A stretch of DNA of 61,684 nt, counting the filler, from an uncultured bacterium (GTDB lineage Bacteria > Latescibacterota > UBA2968): NCBI GenBank assembly GCA_964471275.1. It is 7 parts of 7 records of this genome, joined end to end, with 100 filler letters (N's around TTAATTAATTAA, not from the genome) between each part and the next. Parts side by side here need not be neighbours in the genome. Positions count along the whole stretch, not along the records: positions 1 to 8,956 come from CAYYGZ010000194.1; positions 9,057 to 17,823 come from CAYYGZ010000196.1; 5 more parts are not named here. The stretch is one strand, 5' to 3'. The notes under the pieces are model-generated. The model had not been told where the DNA came from, did no database searches, and saw nothing but the letters and a program-made list of their open reading frames with translations. Below, one piece after another: positions 1-10,515 of the stretch (its first letter is position 1; every line of letters begins with the position of its first letter). A program made the translations under genes and the position numbers.

Positions 1-1
1 G

Positions 2-601
2 GATCTGAAGAAGGATCTGAATAACGCAATGACGAGTCTGGCTGAGGTGAAGGGTCAAGGCATCCGGTTGAAGAAGCAGGCTGAGGAGAACCGTCAGGCC
101 TCTGAAGATTACGAGCGCAAGGCCATGATGCTCCTGCAAAAGGCGCAGTCCGGAGATTTCGATGCGGGTGAGGCCGACCGGCTCGCGACGGAAGCCCTGT
201 CGCGGAAGGATGATGCCGCAACCCGAAGCAAGCAACTGGGAAACGATTCTCAACAGCAGGAAGCGACCGCATTAAACCTTCAGAGCCAGGTCGACAAGCT
301 CAAGTCGACGATCGCGAGCTACGAGAACGATCTGATCACGCTCCGTGCACGGGCCAAGACGGCGGCGGCGACGAAGAAGATCAACAAACAGCTGGCCAAG
401 GTGGATTCCTCCGGAACGGTTTCCATGCTCGAGCGGATGAAGGAGCGCGTCGATGAGGATGAATCACTGGCGCAGGCCTATGGAGACCTCGCCGGACAGC
501 CTACCTCAGCGGATGACGAGATCGACAAAGCGCTCGCCGGAGGTGGGAGTTCTGACGCCAGACTGGCGGCGCTGAAGGCCAAAATGGGGATAGAGAAGTA
601 G
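2..601 (+). CDS. PspA/IM30 family protein, 5' truncated by the window edge
   Basis: Long coiled coil; LERMKERVDEDESLAQAY and C-terminal DARLAALKAKMG are typical of PspA/IM30; frame is open back to position 2. Confidence 0.9.
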   Translation, partial: DLKKDLNNAMTSLAEVKGQGIRLKKQAEENRQASEDYERKAMMLLQKAQSGDFDAGEADRLATEALSRKDDAATRSKQLGNDSQQQEATALNLQSQVDKLKSTIASYENDLITLRARAKTAAATKKINKQLAKVDSSGTVSMLERMKERVDEDESLAQAYGDLAGQPTSADDEIDKALAGGGSSDARLAALKAKMGIEK

Positions 602-685
602 AAGATGTGAAGATGTAGAGGCAAGGGCTCTTCAACGAGGGGAGCGGTACAGCCGTCTTCGAAAATATAGAGATTGTTGGTCAGT

Positions 686-1240
686 ATGAATTGGAATCCA
701 TTCAAGAAGAAGGAAGAGAAAGATGCGCTCGATCCGTTGAGCGATCTTTCCCTGTCGGGGCTGAAGCGGGGTTACTTCCTGGATTTCGATTTGAAGACCT
801 GGCAAGTGACTGCACACAATAGGTATAACTACGACGGAGATTGGACGGACGAGTGGGAACTGACCGCGGCCGACGAGGTGCAATATCTGGAGCGCGAAGT
901 TGACGAGGAAGAGACCTGGGTGCTCTATCAGAAGGTATCCATCGCCAATGTCGAGGAAGACGTTCGGTCAGCAATCCTTGAAAGTGATGATCCGCCGAAC
1001 ACGGTGACGTTATTCGGAACGGTGTATGAGGCAGAGTCGAGTGACGCCGGGCTTTTTCATCAGAATGGCGGGGAGTCGGCAGGTAGTGTGGGTAGGGAGT
1101 TTGTCAACTGGACGTATGTCGATGAAACCGAAAAGCAGGTGTTGGTGATCGAGCAGTGGGGAGAAGATGAATTCGCTGCATCTGCGGGCGAGTTTGTTGC
1201 GCCGTATCAGTTCAGCAGCATTTTGCCTGGAAGCACCTAG
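686..1240 (+). CDS. DUF4178-like protein
   Basis: Acidic, Trp-rich (WTDEWEL, IEQWGEDEF); directly follows pspA, which is the usual context for this family. Confidence 0.7.
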   Translation: MNWNPFKKKEEKDALDPLSDLSLSGLKRGYFLDFDLKTWQVTAHNRYNYDGDWTDEWELTAADEVQYLEREVDEEETWVLYQKVSIANVEEDVRSAILESDDPPNTVTLFGTVYEAESSDAGLFHQNGGESAGSVGREFVNWTYVDETEKQVLVIEQWGEDEFAASAGEFVAPYQFSSILPGST

Positions 1241-1267
1241 ACCCGAATCATATCGTTGTAATGTGAC

Positions 1268-1301
1268 GGCCTGTCCACTTTGCGTGGATGGGCCTTTTTT
1301 T
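1268..1301 (+). terminator. Rho-independent terminator
   Basis: Stem GGCCTGTCCAC/GTGGATGGGCC (two G-U pairs) followed by T7, 27 nt after the stop at 1240. Confidence 0.75.
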
Positions 1302-1413
1302 AAGGATGTTAGACTGAGAATCAGAGTCGGGGTTGAACGTCAAGGTCTGGAGCGAGGNNNNNNNNNNAGACGATTCGGGTAGGTACAGCAGGTCGTGCTG
1401 GGGGGAGACTGTT

Positions 1414-2625
1414 GTGTGTCCGGGGGGCTTGAGTATCATCGTTCTGGTTGCACTCGTCGTGTTGAATGTCAATGCGGAAGACCGTGGATGGACTGAACGG
1501 GGGTACACCGTGGATTCCTTGAGCGAGCTGGTAGAACGGGTTTCAAGAGCGCAGCCGGGGGATATGATTACGTTGTCAGATGGGATCTATGCCAGGGAAG
1601 ATTGCGTGCTTTCCGGTACTGGGACGGCGGAGAGACCGATCGTCGTACGGGGTGAACGGTCGGGAGATGTCCGGATCGCGAGCCCGGTGATGATCCAGTC
1701 CGATTACGTGACGATCGAAGACATCTTATCGACATTCCGCCCGGGAAGTCGAACAATGGATACGAGACGGTGCAGCTGATCACAGAGAAGAATCCGTTTG
1801 ATCCCGTCCCCGGCGCGTGTGGTACAGTCATCGAGCACAATCTTTTCGAAAGGTGCAGCGGCGAGGCTGAGATCATTTCTGTGAAATCGAACAGAAACGT
1901 CCTGCGCAACAACACCTTTCGTGAGTCGAGAGGGTTCCTGGTTCTTCGTACCGGTGACGGCAACCTGGTGGAGAGTAATTTCTTTCTCGGCGACGGTGAG
2001 CGGCGGGCAGGAGGAGTTCGGCTTCAGGGCGAGGGCCAGATCGTTGTGAACAACCTGTTTCGAGGGCTCCAGAGCTTCGGTGTCGGGATGATGGATAGGA
2101 CACCCGATAATCTGTATATTCGCACAGAACGGGCACTCGTCGCATTCAACACCTTCATAGGCTGCAATCCCGGTCTGCGCATCGGGATCAACCACTCGAA
2201 GTATCCGAATGGCTCGGCCCCGAAGGACTGTGTGATTGCGAATAATGTCTTTGTCCTTCAGTCTCCGGATGTCGATGGCCCATCCGGCAATCTTGCTCCG
2301 GTGGATCTGGTCCAGGATGATGAGCCTGTTGACTGGGTCTGGGAGGGGAATGTGATAGATGGCCCGCTCGGGGATGCCGGCGCGGGTTGGCATAAGCTGG
2401 GGCGACACCGGGCTTATGCGTCTGTCGAACGGTGTGATTCGGCCATCTGCGTCGAGCGGCCTTGTTGGCGCCGCGGCAGAATCGTACCCCCGTATCACGA
2501 CCGATGCCGCCGGTCGATTGCGTGGAGATGACAAGTCGATCGGCTGTCTAGAGCCCGGCGATCTTGGAGATGCGGCCGGTCCGTTGCGACCGATCGATGT
2601 CGGGCCGGAAGCATACCAGGACTGA
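1414..2625 (+). pseudogene. Polysaccharide lyase family 6 / chondroitinase B-like beta-helix protein, frameshifted and internally deleted
   Basis: AQPGDMITLSDGIY, GTAERPIVVRGE, NGYETVQL, NLFERCSGEAEIISVKS and LVLRTGDGNLVESNFF are spread over three frames; shifts near 1725 and at the G run 2370-2373. Confidence 0.75.
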
Positions 2626-2800
2626 CCTAGAGCGGCAAACCTCCCACTGCAGAGAACGCTGAGGGAATCAGGATTCAGAGCCTAACATTCTGCAGGTCTT
2701 TGCGGCCGGTTGATGTCTCGCAGTTTTGCACAATCAATCACCGCCAAACTGGGTCTCGTGGCCGGGTACCAAGCCAACTGAACGATCGGAGTGGAAGAAG

Positions 2801-3919
2801 ATGGCAGAATCGCAGCCTTTGGACGCATCCTTGCCCGTTGACGAGACACTCAGCGATGAGGAGGTGCTGACCGATGGGCCGAAATACAACGACCCGCTGA
2901 GGAAGACGCGGATCAACTGGTATCGGCCAAAAATCGGACGCGAACAGCTGGCAGAGCTGAACAGGCGCAGTGATTTCCTGGGGTTTGCTCAGACACTCGG
3001 CTATCTCGGTATTCTGGCAGGTGGTGCGGGAGCCGTTATCTATTCATCCCACCATTGGGCCTGGTATGTGACCGCTGGACTCATCTTTGTTAACGGCCAT
3101 TTCTGGCAGTTTCTGATCAACGGCTTTCACGAGCTTGTTCACGACTCCGTTTTCAAGACTCGCTGGCTGAATCCTGCCTTTCTGCGCGTGTTTTCCTTTC
3201 TGGGCTGGCACAATCACCACCATTTCTGGGCGAGTCATACGGAGCACCACAAATATACACTTCATCCGCCGGATGATCAGGAAGTGGTGCTGCCGGTGAA
3301 GTACGATGTGACGAAGAACGTCTGGAAGACCGGGCTCATCAACTACCCGTATCCCTACGATCTGCTGAAGGGAAAGCTCAAAGCGTTCGGTGGCTACGTG
3401 CCGGAAGACGGTTGGACGGCAGAGCTGTTCCCCAAGAGCGACCCGGAGCGTCGTCGGGACTACACGCGGTGGGAGCGGATCCTGTTGATCGGACACCTAC
3501 TGGTCGCGATCGGCGGGGTCGCCACCGGATACTGGGCGGTCCTGCCGGCGATCACGTTTCCGAAGATGTTTGGAAAGTGGCTGCAGTTTCTTTGTAACTC
3601 CTCACAGCACATCGGTCTGACGGACAATGTGCCCGATTTTCGTCTGTGCTGCAGAACGATCTATCTGAACCCGTTTGTGCAGTTTCTTTACTGGCATATG
3701 AGCTACCACATCGAGCACCATATGTATGCGGCTGTGCCGTGCTACCGGCTCGGGAAACTCCATCGACTGATCAAGCCAGAGCTGCCGTGGTGTCCGAACG
3801 GGCTCAGGGAGACGTGGAAGCATATCGAGGAGGTTATGGAGCGGCAGGAGCGGGAACCGGAGTATCAGTATGTGGCAGAGTTGCCGGGGGAGGAGGAGGA
3901 GACAGTGACGAGTGCTTAG
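2801..3919 (+). CDS. Membrane fatty acid desaturase family protein
   Basis: Three His boxes HELVH, HTEHH, HIEHH; hydrophobic segments; purine-rich SD-like tract before ATG 2801. Confidence 0.9.
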   Translation: MAESQPLDASLPVDETLSDEEVLTDGPKYNDPLRKTRINWYRPKIGREQLAELNRRSDFLGFAQTLGYLGILAGGAGAVIYSSHHWAWYVTAGLIFVNGHFWQFLINGFHELVHDSVFKTRWLNPAFLRVFSFLGWHNHHHFWASHTEHHKYTLHPPDDQEVVLPVKYDVTKNVWKTGLINYPYPYDLLKGKLKAFGGYVPEDGWTAELFPKSDPERRRDYTRWERILLIGHLLVAIGGVATGYWAVLPAITFPKMFGKWLQFLCNSSQHIGLTDNVPDFRLCCRTIYLNPFVQFLYWHMSYHIEHHMYAAVPCYRLGKLHRLIKPELPWCPNGLRETWKHIEEVMERQEREPEYQYVAELPGEEEETVTSA

Positions 3920-4316
3920 GATGCATCGACTCAGAATGGTGTTCACCGTTCAGACTCGTATGAGTCGGATGTTTCGCCGCATCGGATCGAGACCGTTGTT
4001 CGCACGCACGTGTTTATACGATTCGCGTCCGGGGCATTCCTTTTTGGGTTCCAAAAGGCCATCTCGACGCAGCTCACAATTGTCCGTCCAACCCTGGGGC
4101 TTGCCCCGCAGTCTGTCTTCGCTACGCTCTCGACGGGCAGGCTGTGCGGCCGAATTCCTGGCTATCGGCGGTCGCCCCGTTCCGGGGCTGAGACCGATCC
4201 AGGCTCGTGACCGCGTCATCGACTGCGTGCAGAGAAAGCAACGATCCCGAACCAAGCTCACATACTGGCTCAATAGTCAACACCACTCTGGCACTGGACA
4301 GCCCAGTGCTTGGTGA

Positions 4317-5861
4317 TTAGAAGCCCCATTCGGATTCGCGGTAGTAGCGGTCGACTACGGGATCCATCATCGTGTTGACGGCGAGGGCCTCGATTCCGTC
4401 GAAGGCGCCCTTCCAGAAATGCAGCATTCCTGACATCGCCTCCCTGTTCAGGAAGTGTGTTTCGAATTCCTCGAAGCGCAGTCCTACCAATCTGTTTCTT
4501 AGATCGTAGCCACTGATTTCAGCCGTCTTTCCGGCAAGTATCCATCCCCACGTACCCATCGTGGGGATGGCGTTGTGGTAGGGTACGGTGGCGAAGCCGG
4601 CGCTCTCGATTGTCTTCATAATGCAGAGGAAGGCTTTGCGGGCGTGAAGGGGGCTCGAGGCCTGGGTTACGAGTATGCCTTCCCGCGAAAGGATGTGTTC
4701 GCAGTCCCGGTAGAAGTCACGCGCGTAGAGGCGGGCAAGGTCGGGGCCTTTCGGGTCGGGCAGGTCGATGATGATGACATCGTAGAGCGATTGCGTGTGT
4801 TTGACGAAGGTACCCGCGTCTTCGTGTACGACGGTCACTCGAGGATCTCTGAACGCGCCTCCGTTGACGTCCAGGAGGATCGGGTTTTCGGAGCCAAGCC
4901 GGGTCATTTCCGGGTCGAGATCGACCAGCGTTGCGGTGTCGACGTCGGCGTATTTCAGGACCTCCCGAAGTACAAGGCCGTCGCCGCCGCCCAGGATGAG
5001 AACGCTCTCACGCGTTCTCGCGACACCGAGTGCCGGGTGCACCAGGGGCTCGTGGTATCGCTCCTCGTCATAGGTGCTGAACTGGATGTTCCCGTTGATG
5101 AAGAGCCAGTGGTCGTTTTTCCATTCGGTGATGACGAGCTTCTGGTAAGGTGTTTGCGCGGTGAAAACGATTCTGTCGCGATACTGGCTCTGCTCACCGA
5201 AGAGGAGGATTGGCTTGGCAAATACGGCGAGCGCGATGATGCCGAGCCCGACAGTCCAGAAGGCAACGTGCAATCGACCCCGACGGACCATCAGATTCCG
5301 GTAACGCCAATACAGCAGGGAGGCGACGGAAAAGTTTACGGCGCTCAGAGCGATCGGGGTGTAGGTCAGGCCCAGTCGGGGGAGGGCGATGAAGGCGAAG
5401 AGCAGGCCGCCGACGAGGGCACCGTAGTAGTCCTTTTCCATTACCGAGGCGATGTTGGTGCGGAGGCCTTCGTAGGCATCATTCATGCGTGCCACGATCG
5501 GAATTTCCATCCCGATCAGAAGACCAACAGCGGCGGCATACCCGTAGATGAGGGCGGTCGATTCGCCGAGCCAAGCGGTCCCGAAGTAGGCGGCTATTGC
5601 GCAGGTTGCGCACAAGGCAGAGAGTGCGAACTCGATGGTGATGAAGGTATCGAGTAGGTTGTGTGTCAGGTAGCGACTGATCCGGCTGCCCAGGCCCATG
5701 GTGAAGAGCATGAGCGACATGATCAGTGTCCACTGGAGTGTGGTGTTGCCAAGGATGTAGCTGGCAAGGGTGGAGAGGGTGAACTCGGCAACAATGCCGG
5801 ATAGGCCGGTGGCGAAGAGGCAGGCCTTGAGGAGGCGGCTTTGGTTCGAGGAGGTCTTCAT
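4317..5861 (-). CDS. speE: Polyamine aminopropyltransferase (spermidine synthase) with N-terminal multi-TM domain
   Basis: QFSTYDEERYHEPLVHP, VLILGGGDG, LVDLDPEM, DVIIIDLPDP; several N-terminal TM helices. Confidence 0.92.
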   Translation of the reverse strand: MKTSSNQSRLLKACLFATGLSGIVAEFTLSTLASYILGNTTLQWTLIMSLMLFTMGLGSRISRYLTHNLLDTFITIEFALSALCATCAIAAYFGTAWLGESTALIYGYAAAVGLLIGMEIPIVARMNDAYEGLRTNIASVMEKDYYGALVGGLLFAFIALPRLGLTYTPIALSAVNFSVASLLYWRYRNLMVRRGRLHVAFWTVGLGIIALAVFAKPILLFGEQSQYRDRIVFTAQTPYQKLVITEWKNDHWLFINGNIQFSTYDEERYHEPLVHPALGVARTRESVLILGGGDGLVLREVLKYADVDTATLVDLDPEMTRLGSENPILLDVNGGAFRDPRVTVVHEDAGTFVKHTQSLYDVIIIDLPDPKGPDLARLYARDFYRDCEHILSREGILVTQASSPLHARKAFLCIMKTIESAGFATVPYHNAIPTMGTWGWILAGKTAEISGYDLRNRLVGLRFEEFETHFLNREAMSGMLHFWKGAFDGIEALAVNTMMDPVVDRYYRESEWGF

Positions 5862-6203
5862 TGTGCAGATTGCCTTCTGTTCTGAATCTTTTCCCATCCT
5901 CCCGATTTCGCCGACCTTCTTTTGGCTGCGCCCCAAAAGGAGGCAAAAACGNNNNNNNNNNNNNNNNNNNNNNNNNNNNNNNNNNNNNNNNNNNNNNNNN
6001 NNNNNNNNNNNNNNNNNNNNNNNNNNNNNNNNNNNNNNNNNNNNNNNNNNNCCGCACCCCATCTGCGTGTTCCACACGCTCCCAATCCATCACCCACACC
6101 CAACCCCTCGACCCCGTACGGGCCCACTCCCCTTCGAGATGTCAGCGCATCTGTGCAGGGATGCCGCAACACCGGGTCCACGACCCATACAAATCGGTTG
6201 GTG

Positions 6204-7064
6204 CTATAGTGACCAGACGATGAGGAAGGAGGCGCCGATATAAGAGAAGGCTTCGATGAAGGCAGCGCCGGTGTTGGGGTGCTCCTGATTGACGATTTCG
6301 TCGGTCAGGCTGGCGCCTGGCAGGAGTACCTTGTCGGAGAAGAAACGGACGACCGGGAGTAGAATCAGTCCAAGTCCCAGTTCGAGTCCGAATTCTTGCA
6401 AGGAAAGGGACCAGGAGATCAGATCGCCGGACGCGGTGTGACGCAGGATGTTTCCGATTCCGATAATTGCGCCTCCGAAGGCGATACCAGCGGCGACGTT
6501 GTTCTTCTCGATCTGCTCGTGGATGTCGTAAGACGTGATGGCGTCGTAGATGAGTTCGGCCACAACCAGGGCGATCTGACTGAGGGCCCAGAAGACGACG
6601 GTGCTGATGACACTTCCGGTCGTGTCGAGCACGGCCACGCCGGATACCGCACCGTTGATGACGAGGCCGGTTGCAAGGTAGCCCGCGAAGACGACGGCAC
6701 CCGTGCCGACATTGTGATCGACGATCAGTTCGTCCCGGACCTTGAATTTCCGGAGGATCAGGCGGTCGTTCAGGATTCGTGAGATGTTGAGCAGGATGAT
6801 CGTGAGCGGTCCGTAGATCGCGATGTCGATCAGGTCCTCCTCAAGACCTCTCGATTCGCCGGCCATGACGCCGCCGATCGCCAAGACCAGGGCAAAGTAG
6901 TAGCCGATGAGGGCGACGGCCAGGGCCGGGTTGTCCTTCTCGACCAACTCCACTTTTACCTTGTAGGACGGTGTGGTGAAATCGTATACCAGCTTACCGA
7001 CCCAGAACAGGATGAAGGATGAAGCCAAGTAGATGGCGCTGAGCATCAAGTTGTCGAGCATCAT
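6204..7064 (-). CDS. DUF350 domain membrane protein (tandem domains)
   Basis: Repeated ELVEKDNPALAV / ELIVDHNVGTG / EQIEKNNVAAGI / EIVNQEHPNTGAA units between TM helices. Confidence 0.85.
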   Translation of the reverse strand: MMLDNLMLSAIYLASSFILFWVGKLVYDFTTPSYKVKVELVEKDNPALAVALIGYYFALVLAIGGVMAGESRGLEEDLIDIAIYGPLTIILLNISRILNDRLILRKFKVRDELIVDHNVGTGAVVFAGYLATGLVINGAVSGVAVLDTTGSVISTVVFWALSQIALVVAELIYDAITSYDIHEQIEKNNVAAGIAFGGAIIGIGNILRHTASGDLISWSLSLQEFGLELGLGLILLPVVRFFSDKVLLPGASLTDEIVNQEHPNTGAAFIEAFSYIGASFLIVWSL

Positions 7065-7735
7065 TTTCCGAATCCTCCGCTCCGGCCACCGAATCCTGAT
7101 CGGCTCCGGCCGAACCGGCTTTGGGCCTTCTGTGAGAAGCTGCTTTTCTTCCGCTGCAGGTTGGCCTGACGTCGTTTGTAGAAGTTGGGACGCTGCTGCT
7201 TGGTCAACTTTCCATTTGTCCCGTAGTCGCGGTCCTTACCGTAATAAGGCCGCCCACTGCGACGGTTTGTGCGGTAATCATCATAGTCATTGCGGTAGAT
7301 GTTCCGGCCCATCCCCCCGCCAAGAAGTGTCCTCATCATCGAGTACTGACCATACCAGACCCAGAAGCCCCCGCCTCCCCAATGACCGTAGGTCGGATTA
7401 CCGACGTGGTGGTAACCGGGTGGGTGAGGGGCTGAACTCATACCTTCGGCCTCAGACTTCGAGACGAGTGCCATCCCCAGGAAGGGCTCATACTTCCGGT
7501 AAACGTCCTCGGTAACCTCGACCCAATCCGTCCGGACCTGACGTTCTCCCTGGAGGACGTGGTATTTGTGGTAGTATTTCGTGAATACCGCACCCTCTTC
7601 CTGCATATCCTCGAGGATGATCGTGTAGTCTGGTGCAGGTGCGAGTGTTTCCTGCATCTGCTTGACCGGATCCTGTTGGCTACAGCCGACAGCCAGGAAC
7701 AGAAGACAGAAAATTTTGAGGAGGGTCGATTTCAA
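7061..7735 (-). CDS. Lipoprotein with Arg/Gly-rich C-terminal tail (analogous to YgiB/YjfM)
   Basis: Probable TTG start at 7735, lipobox LAVG-C, GGFWVWYGQY, tail RSRSGFGGRSGGFGK; stop overlaps the DUF350 start (ATGA). Confidence 0.75.
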   Translation of the reverse strand: MKSTLLKIFCLLFLAVGCSQQDPVKQMQETLAPAPDYTIILEDMQEEGAVFTKYYHKYHVLQGERQVRTDWVEVTEDVYRKYEPFLGMALVSKSEAEGMSSAPHPPGYHHVGNPTYGHWGGGGFWVWYGQYSMMRTLLGGGMGRNIYRNDYDDYRTNRRSGRPYYGKDRDYGTNGKLTKQQRPNFYKRRQANLQRKKSSFSQKAQSRFGRSRSGFGGRSGGFGK

Positions 7736-8095
7736 TGGTATACCAACATCGTGTGAGCTGTTTCCCGATTTGACGAACGACCGACGCCTTTTGATCCATC
7801 TCGTTTCAGCTATCGGTATGCCGAAGATAGGTGCTGGCTGATGAGGGGTCAACCGGCTCGGTTCCCTTATCTTCATCAGGACACCGACTCCAGAGTGTCG
7901 TGTGCGCCGTGTCGGTCGTATCATGTCACATTCCAAGAGGGTAATCCAAAGGGGCACGGATAGAGATGAATGATCCCATTCAGGAAGCGATGATCGTTTC
8001 GGGAGATCGACGGATCGAGGGTCTTCTCGAACACGCGGTTGTCAAGAGGTTGTTCGAAGAGCTTGCTAATTGTCTGCATGGATAAGAGGTGAGAA

Positions 8096-8956
8096 ATGGC
8101 AGAGAGATGGAAAGGAATTTTTGCGGTGCTTCAGACACCGTTGACCGAAGCAGATACGATCGATATGGGTGTGATGGCGGGACAGGTCGAGTTCAGCATC
8201 GCGTGCGGATCTCACGGGTTGGTGTATCCGGTTTTGGGCGGCGAGTTTCAGTATCTGACCGAGACCGAGCGGATGGAAACGATCAAGGTGGTCTGCGAGA
8301 CTACGGACAAGCGGATTCCCGTGGTCGCAGGTGTCGCGGCACCGAGTCGGGCAACCGCCGCCGCCCTGGCGAAAGCGGCGGCAGACGCCGGGGCCGATGC
8401 TCTCGTCGCGCTTCCTCCATATATCTCACCCGCGTCGTTAGATCAAGTGATGGACTACTACCGCACGATCGCGGATGCCAGCGGTCTGCCGATCATGGTT
8501 CAGCACGCTCGAATCGTACCGCTTCCGCCCGCGTTCCTGGTTCGACTGCTGACCGAGATCGACGAAGTTAAATACATCAAGGAGGAGCGTGAACCGAGCG
8601 CGCACAACCTGACCCAGGTGATCCAGGATGTTGGGGAAGAGTGTCTTGGGATCTTCGGCGGCGGCCACGGCCGATGGATGATGTCGGAGATGGAGCGTGG
8701 GTCTTCCGGGTTTATGCCCGCCGTGCAGACGCTGGATGTGTATGTGAAGACCTGGGATGCGTTCCAGGCGGGCGACAGGGCGGAGGCCAGACGGCTCTAC
8801 AACGCGCATCTTCCGTTGATCAACCAGCTGATTATGGTCGGACTCCAGGTGTGCAAGGAGGTGCTGGTGAGGAGAGGCGTGTTCGATAACAACTTTATGC
8901 GGACACCGGGTTGTGTACAGATGGATGAAGGAGATCATCGGGAGTTGGATGCGGTG
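8096..8956 (+). CDS. Dihydrodipicolinate synthase (DapA/NAL) family aldolase, 3' truncated
   Basis: GIFAVLQTP, GGEFQYLTETER, GADALVALPPY, Schiff-base Lys in YIKEE. Confidence 0.88.
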
Positions 8957-9056
8957 NNNNNNNNNNNNNNNNNNNNNNNNNNNNNNNNNNNNNNNNNNNN
9001 TTAATTAATTAANNNNNNNNNNNNNNNNNNNNNNNNNNNNNNNNNNNNNNNNNNNN
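8957..9056. other. Artificial contig spacer
   Basis: N44-TTAATTAATTAA-N44, stop codons in all six frames; recurs identically. Confidence 0.98.
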
Positions 9057-10515
9057 CTGTCGAGATGATGTCGTTTCCCGCAAAACTCCGCAGCCCAGCG
9101 AGCAGAGCCCGGTCGAAGCGAATCTCTGCGAGGGTGATCGCGACACATAAGCCGAGTACGGCGGGCGACAACCACGGCAGGAGGGGCATCGGTACATCCT
9201 TCCGGCGTTCACGTTTTCCGGAGAGACCGTGAATCAATCCGAGTGCGCTCCAGAAGAAGAATGAGGTTTCGATCCGTTCCCTCGGGAAACCAAAGAATCC
9301 GTGGACGACGATGGCGATCAGTCCGCAGAGAAGTCCCCCGGCAATCAGCGCGTTCTCGTCTCGCCGCAAGGCCATTCTGAACACAGTCACGGCTGATTGG
9401 AGCAAGAGCCAACCATACAGAACCACGCCAGGCATCCCGGTTTCCGAAGCGATCCACAGAAGATCGTTGTGAGGACGCTCCGGAGCGGATCCTGCTTTGA
9501 TCATGACACCCCCGTCGTACGCTGGGTAGGCCAGCTTCCAGTTGTCCATACCCACACCCGTGATTGGGTGATCTGACACGATCTCCAGCGTTCTCGACCA
9601 CAGGTGCCAACGTCCTCTGTTCGCATCACCATCGGTAAGTGATCCCATCGCGTCGAGCAGATCCGCCTTGCCTTCGTCTATCGCACGCGAGTGCGGTGCA
9701 CTGATTCTTGGTGACCAAGGCAGAAGCAAGATCAGCAACGAGGCGGTGACGATCGGGATCAGGCGTCCGCTGGCTGTGCGGATGATGGTGTGCTTGCCGA
9801 CCAAGCAGAATCGGGTCACGGCATAGAGGCACGTGAACGTGATCAGGCTTGTGGCGGCGCCAAGCCAGGCGCCCCGGCTTCTCGTATAGACCAAGAACAA
9901 CGTCGTGCAAAGCGCGGCGACCGATGCGAGGATCATTTCAGCCCTGGCCCTAGCCCGCAGGACGTTGATGAATACGAGGGGGAGAATCGCTACCAGGTAG
10001 GATGCTGCGAAGTTCCTGTATGCGAAGGTGCTGCTTGGGCGGCCGTTCGAGGGTATGGCGCTTATGTCGACACCCCAGAACTCCAGGATGCCGATGAGGG
10101 AAAATAGGATCCCGGAAACACAGGACCAGTTGATTGCACGATCGATCGTTTGCAGCGATGAAACCTGTGATACGACGACAAAGAGCAGATAGAACGTGAT
10201 CTGATGTGAGAGGAACGTCGTCGCACCGAAGACATTCAGGTCCGCGAAAACGACCGAGATCGTCGACCAGAAGAAGAACAGGGTGGCAGGCAGGAAGGTA
10301 CGACTCGGCGACCACGTGACAGTCTGTTGACCTAGGTCTCGAATCCAGACAATCGTCAGTGCGAGCAATGCAATCTGGAGTAGTATCTGCTTGGGCAGGA
10401 GAGCGAAACGGTAGAGGTCTGCATCGAAGACCAGCGGAAGAGCGGCGAACAACCCGGGAATCAGGATCATTGCCACCCTATTCGTCAGTGGCACGGATTC
10501 AGTGTGTTTGCTCAT
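9057..10515 (-). CDS. O-antigen ligase-like (Wzy_C) membrane protein, paralog 4, 3' truncated
   Basis: PSSTFAYRNFAASYL, YTRSRGAWLG, GVGMDNW, PERPHNDLLW, FGFPRER. Confidence 0.85.

Noticed and set aside
9001..9012. Palindromic TTAATTAATTAA recurring about every 8.7 kb
   Set aside because: Always embedded in identical N padding; it is a six-frame-stop contig linker, and the spacing reflects size-sorted contigs, so no cross-spacer gene linkage is valid
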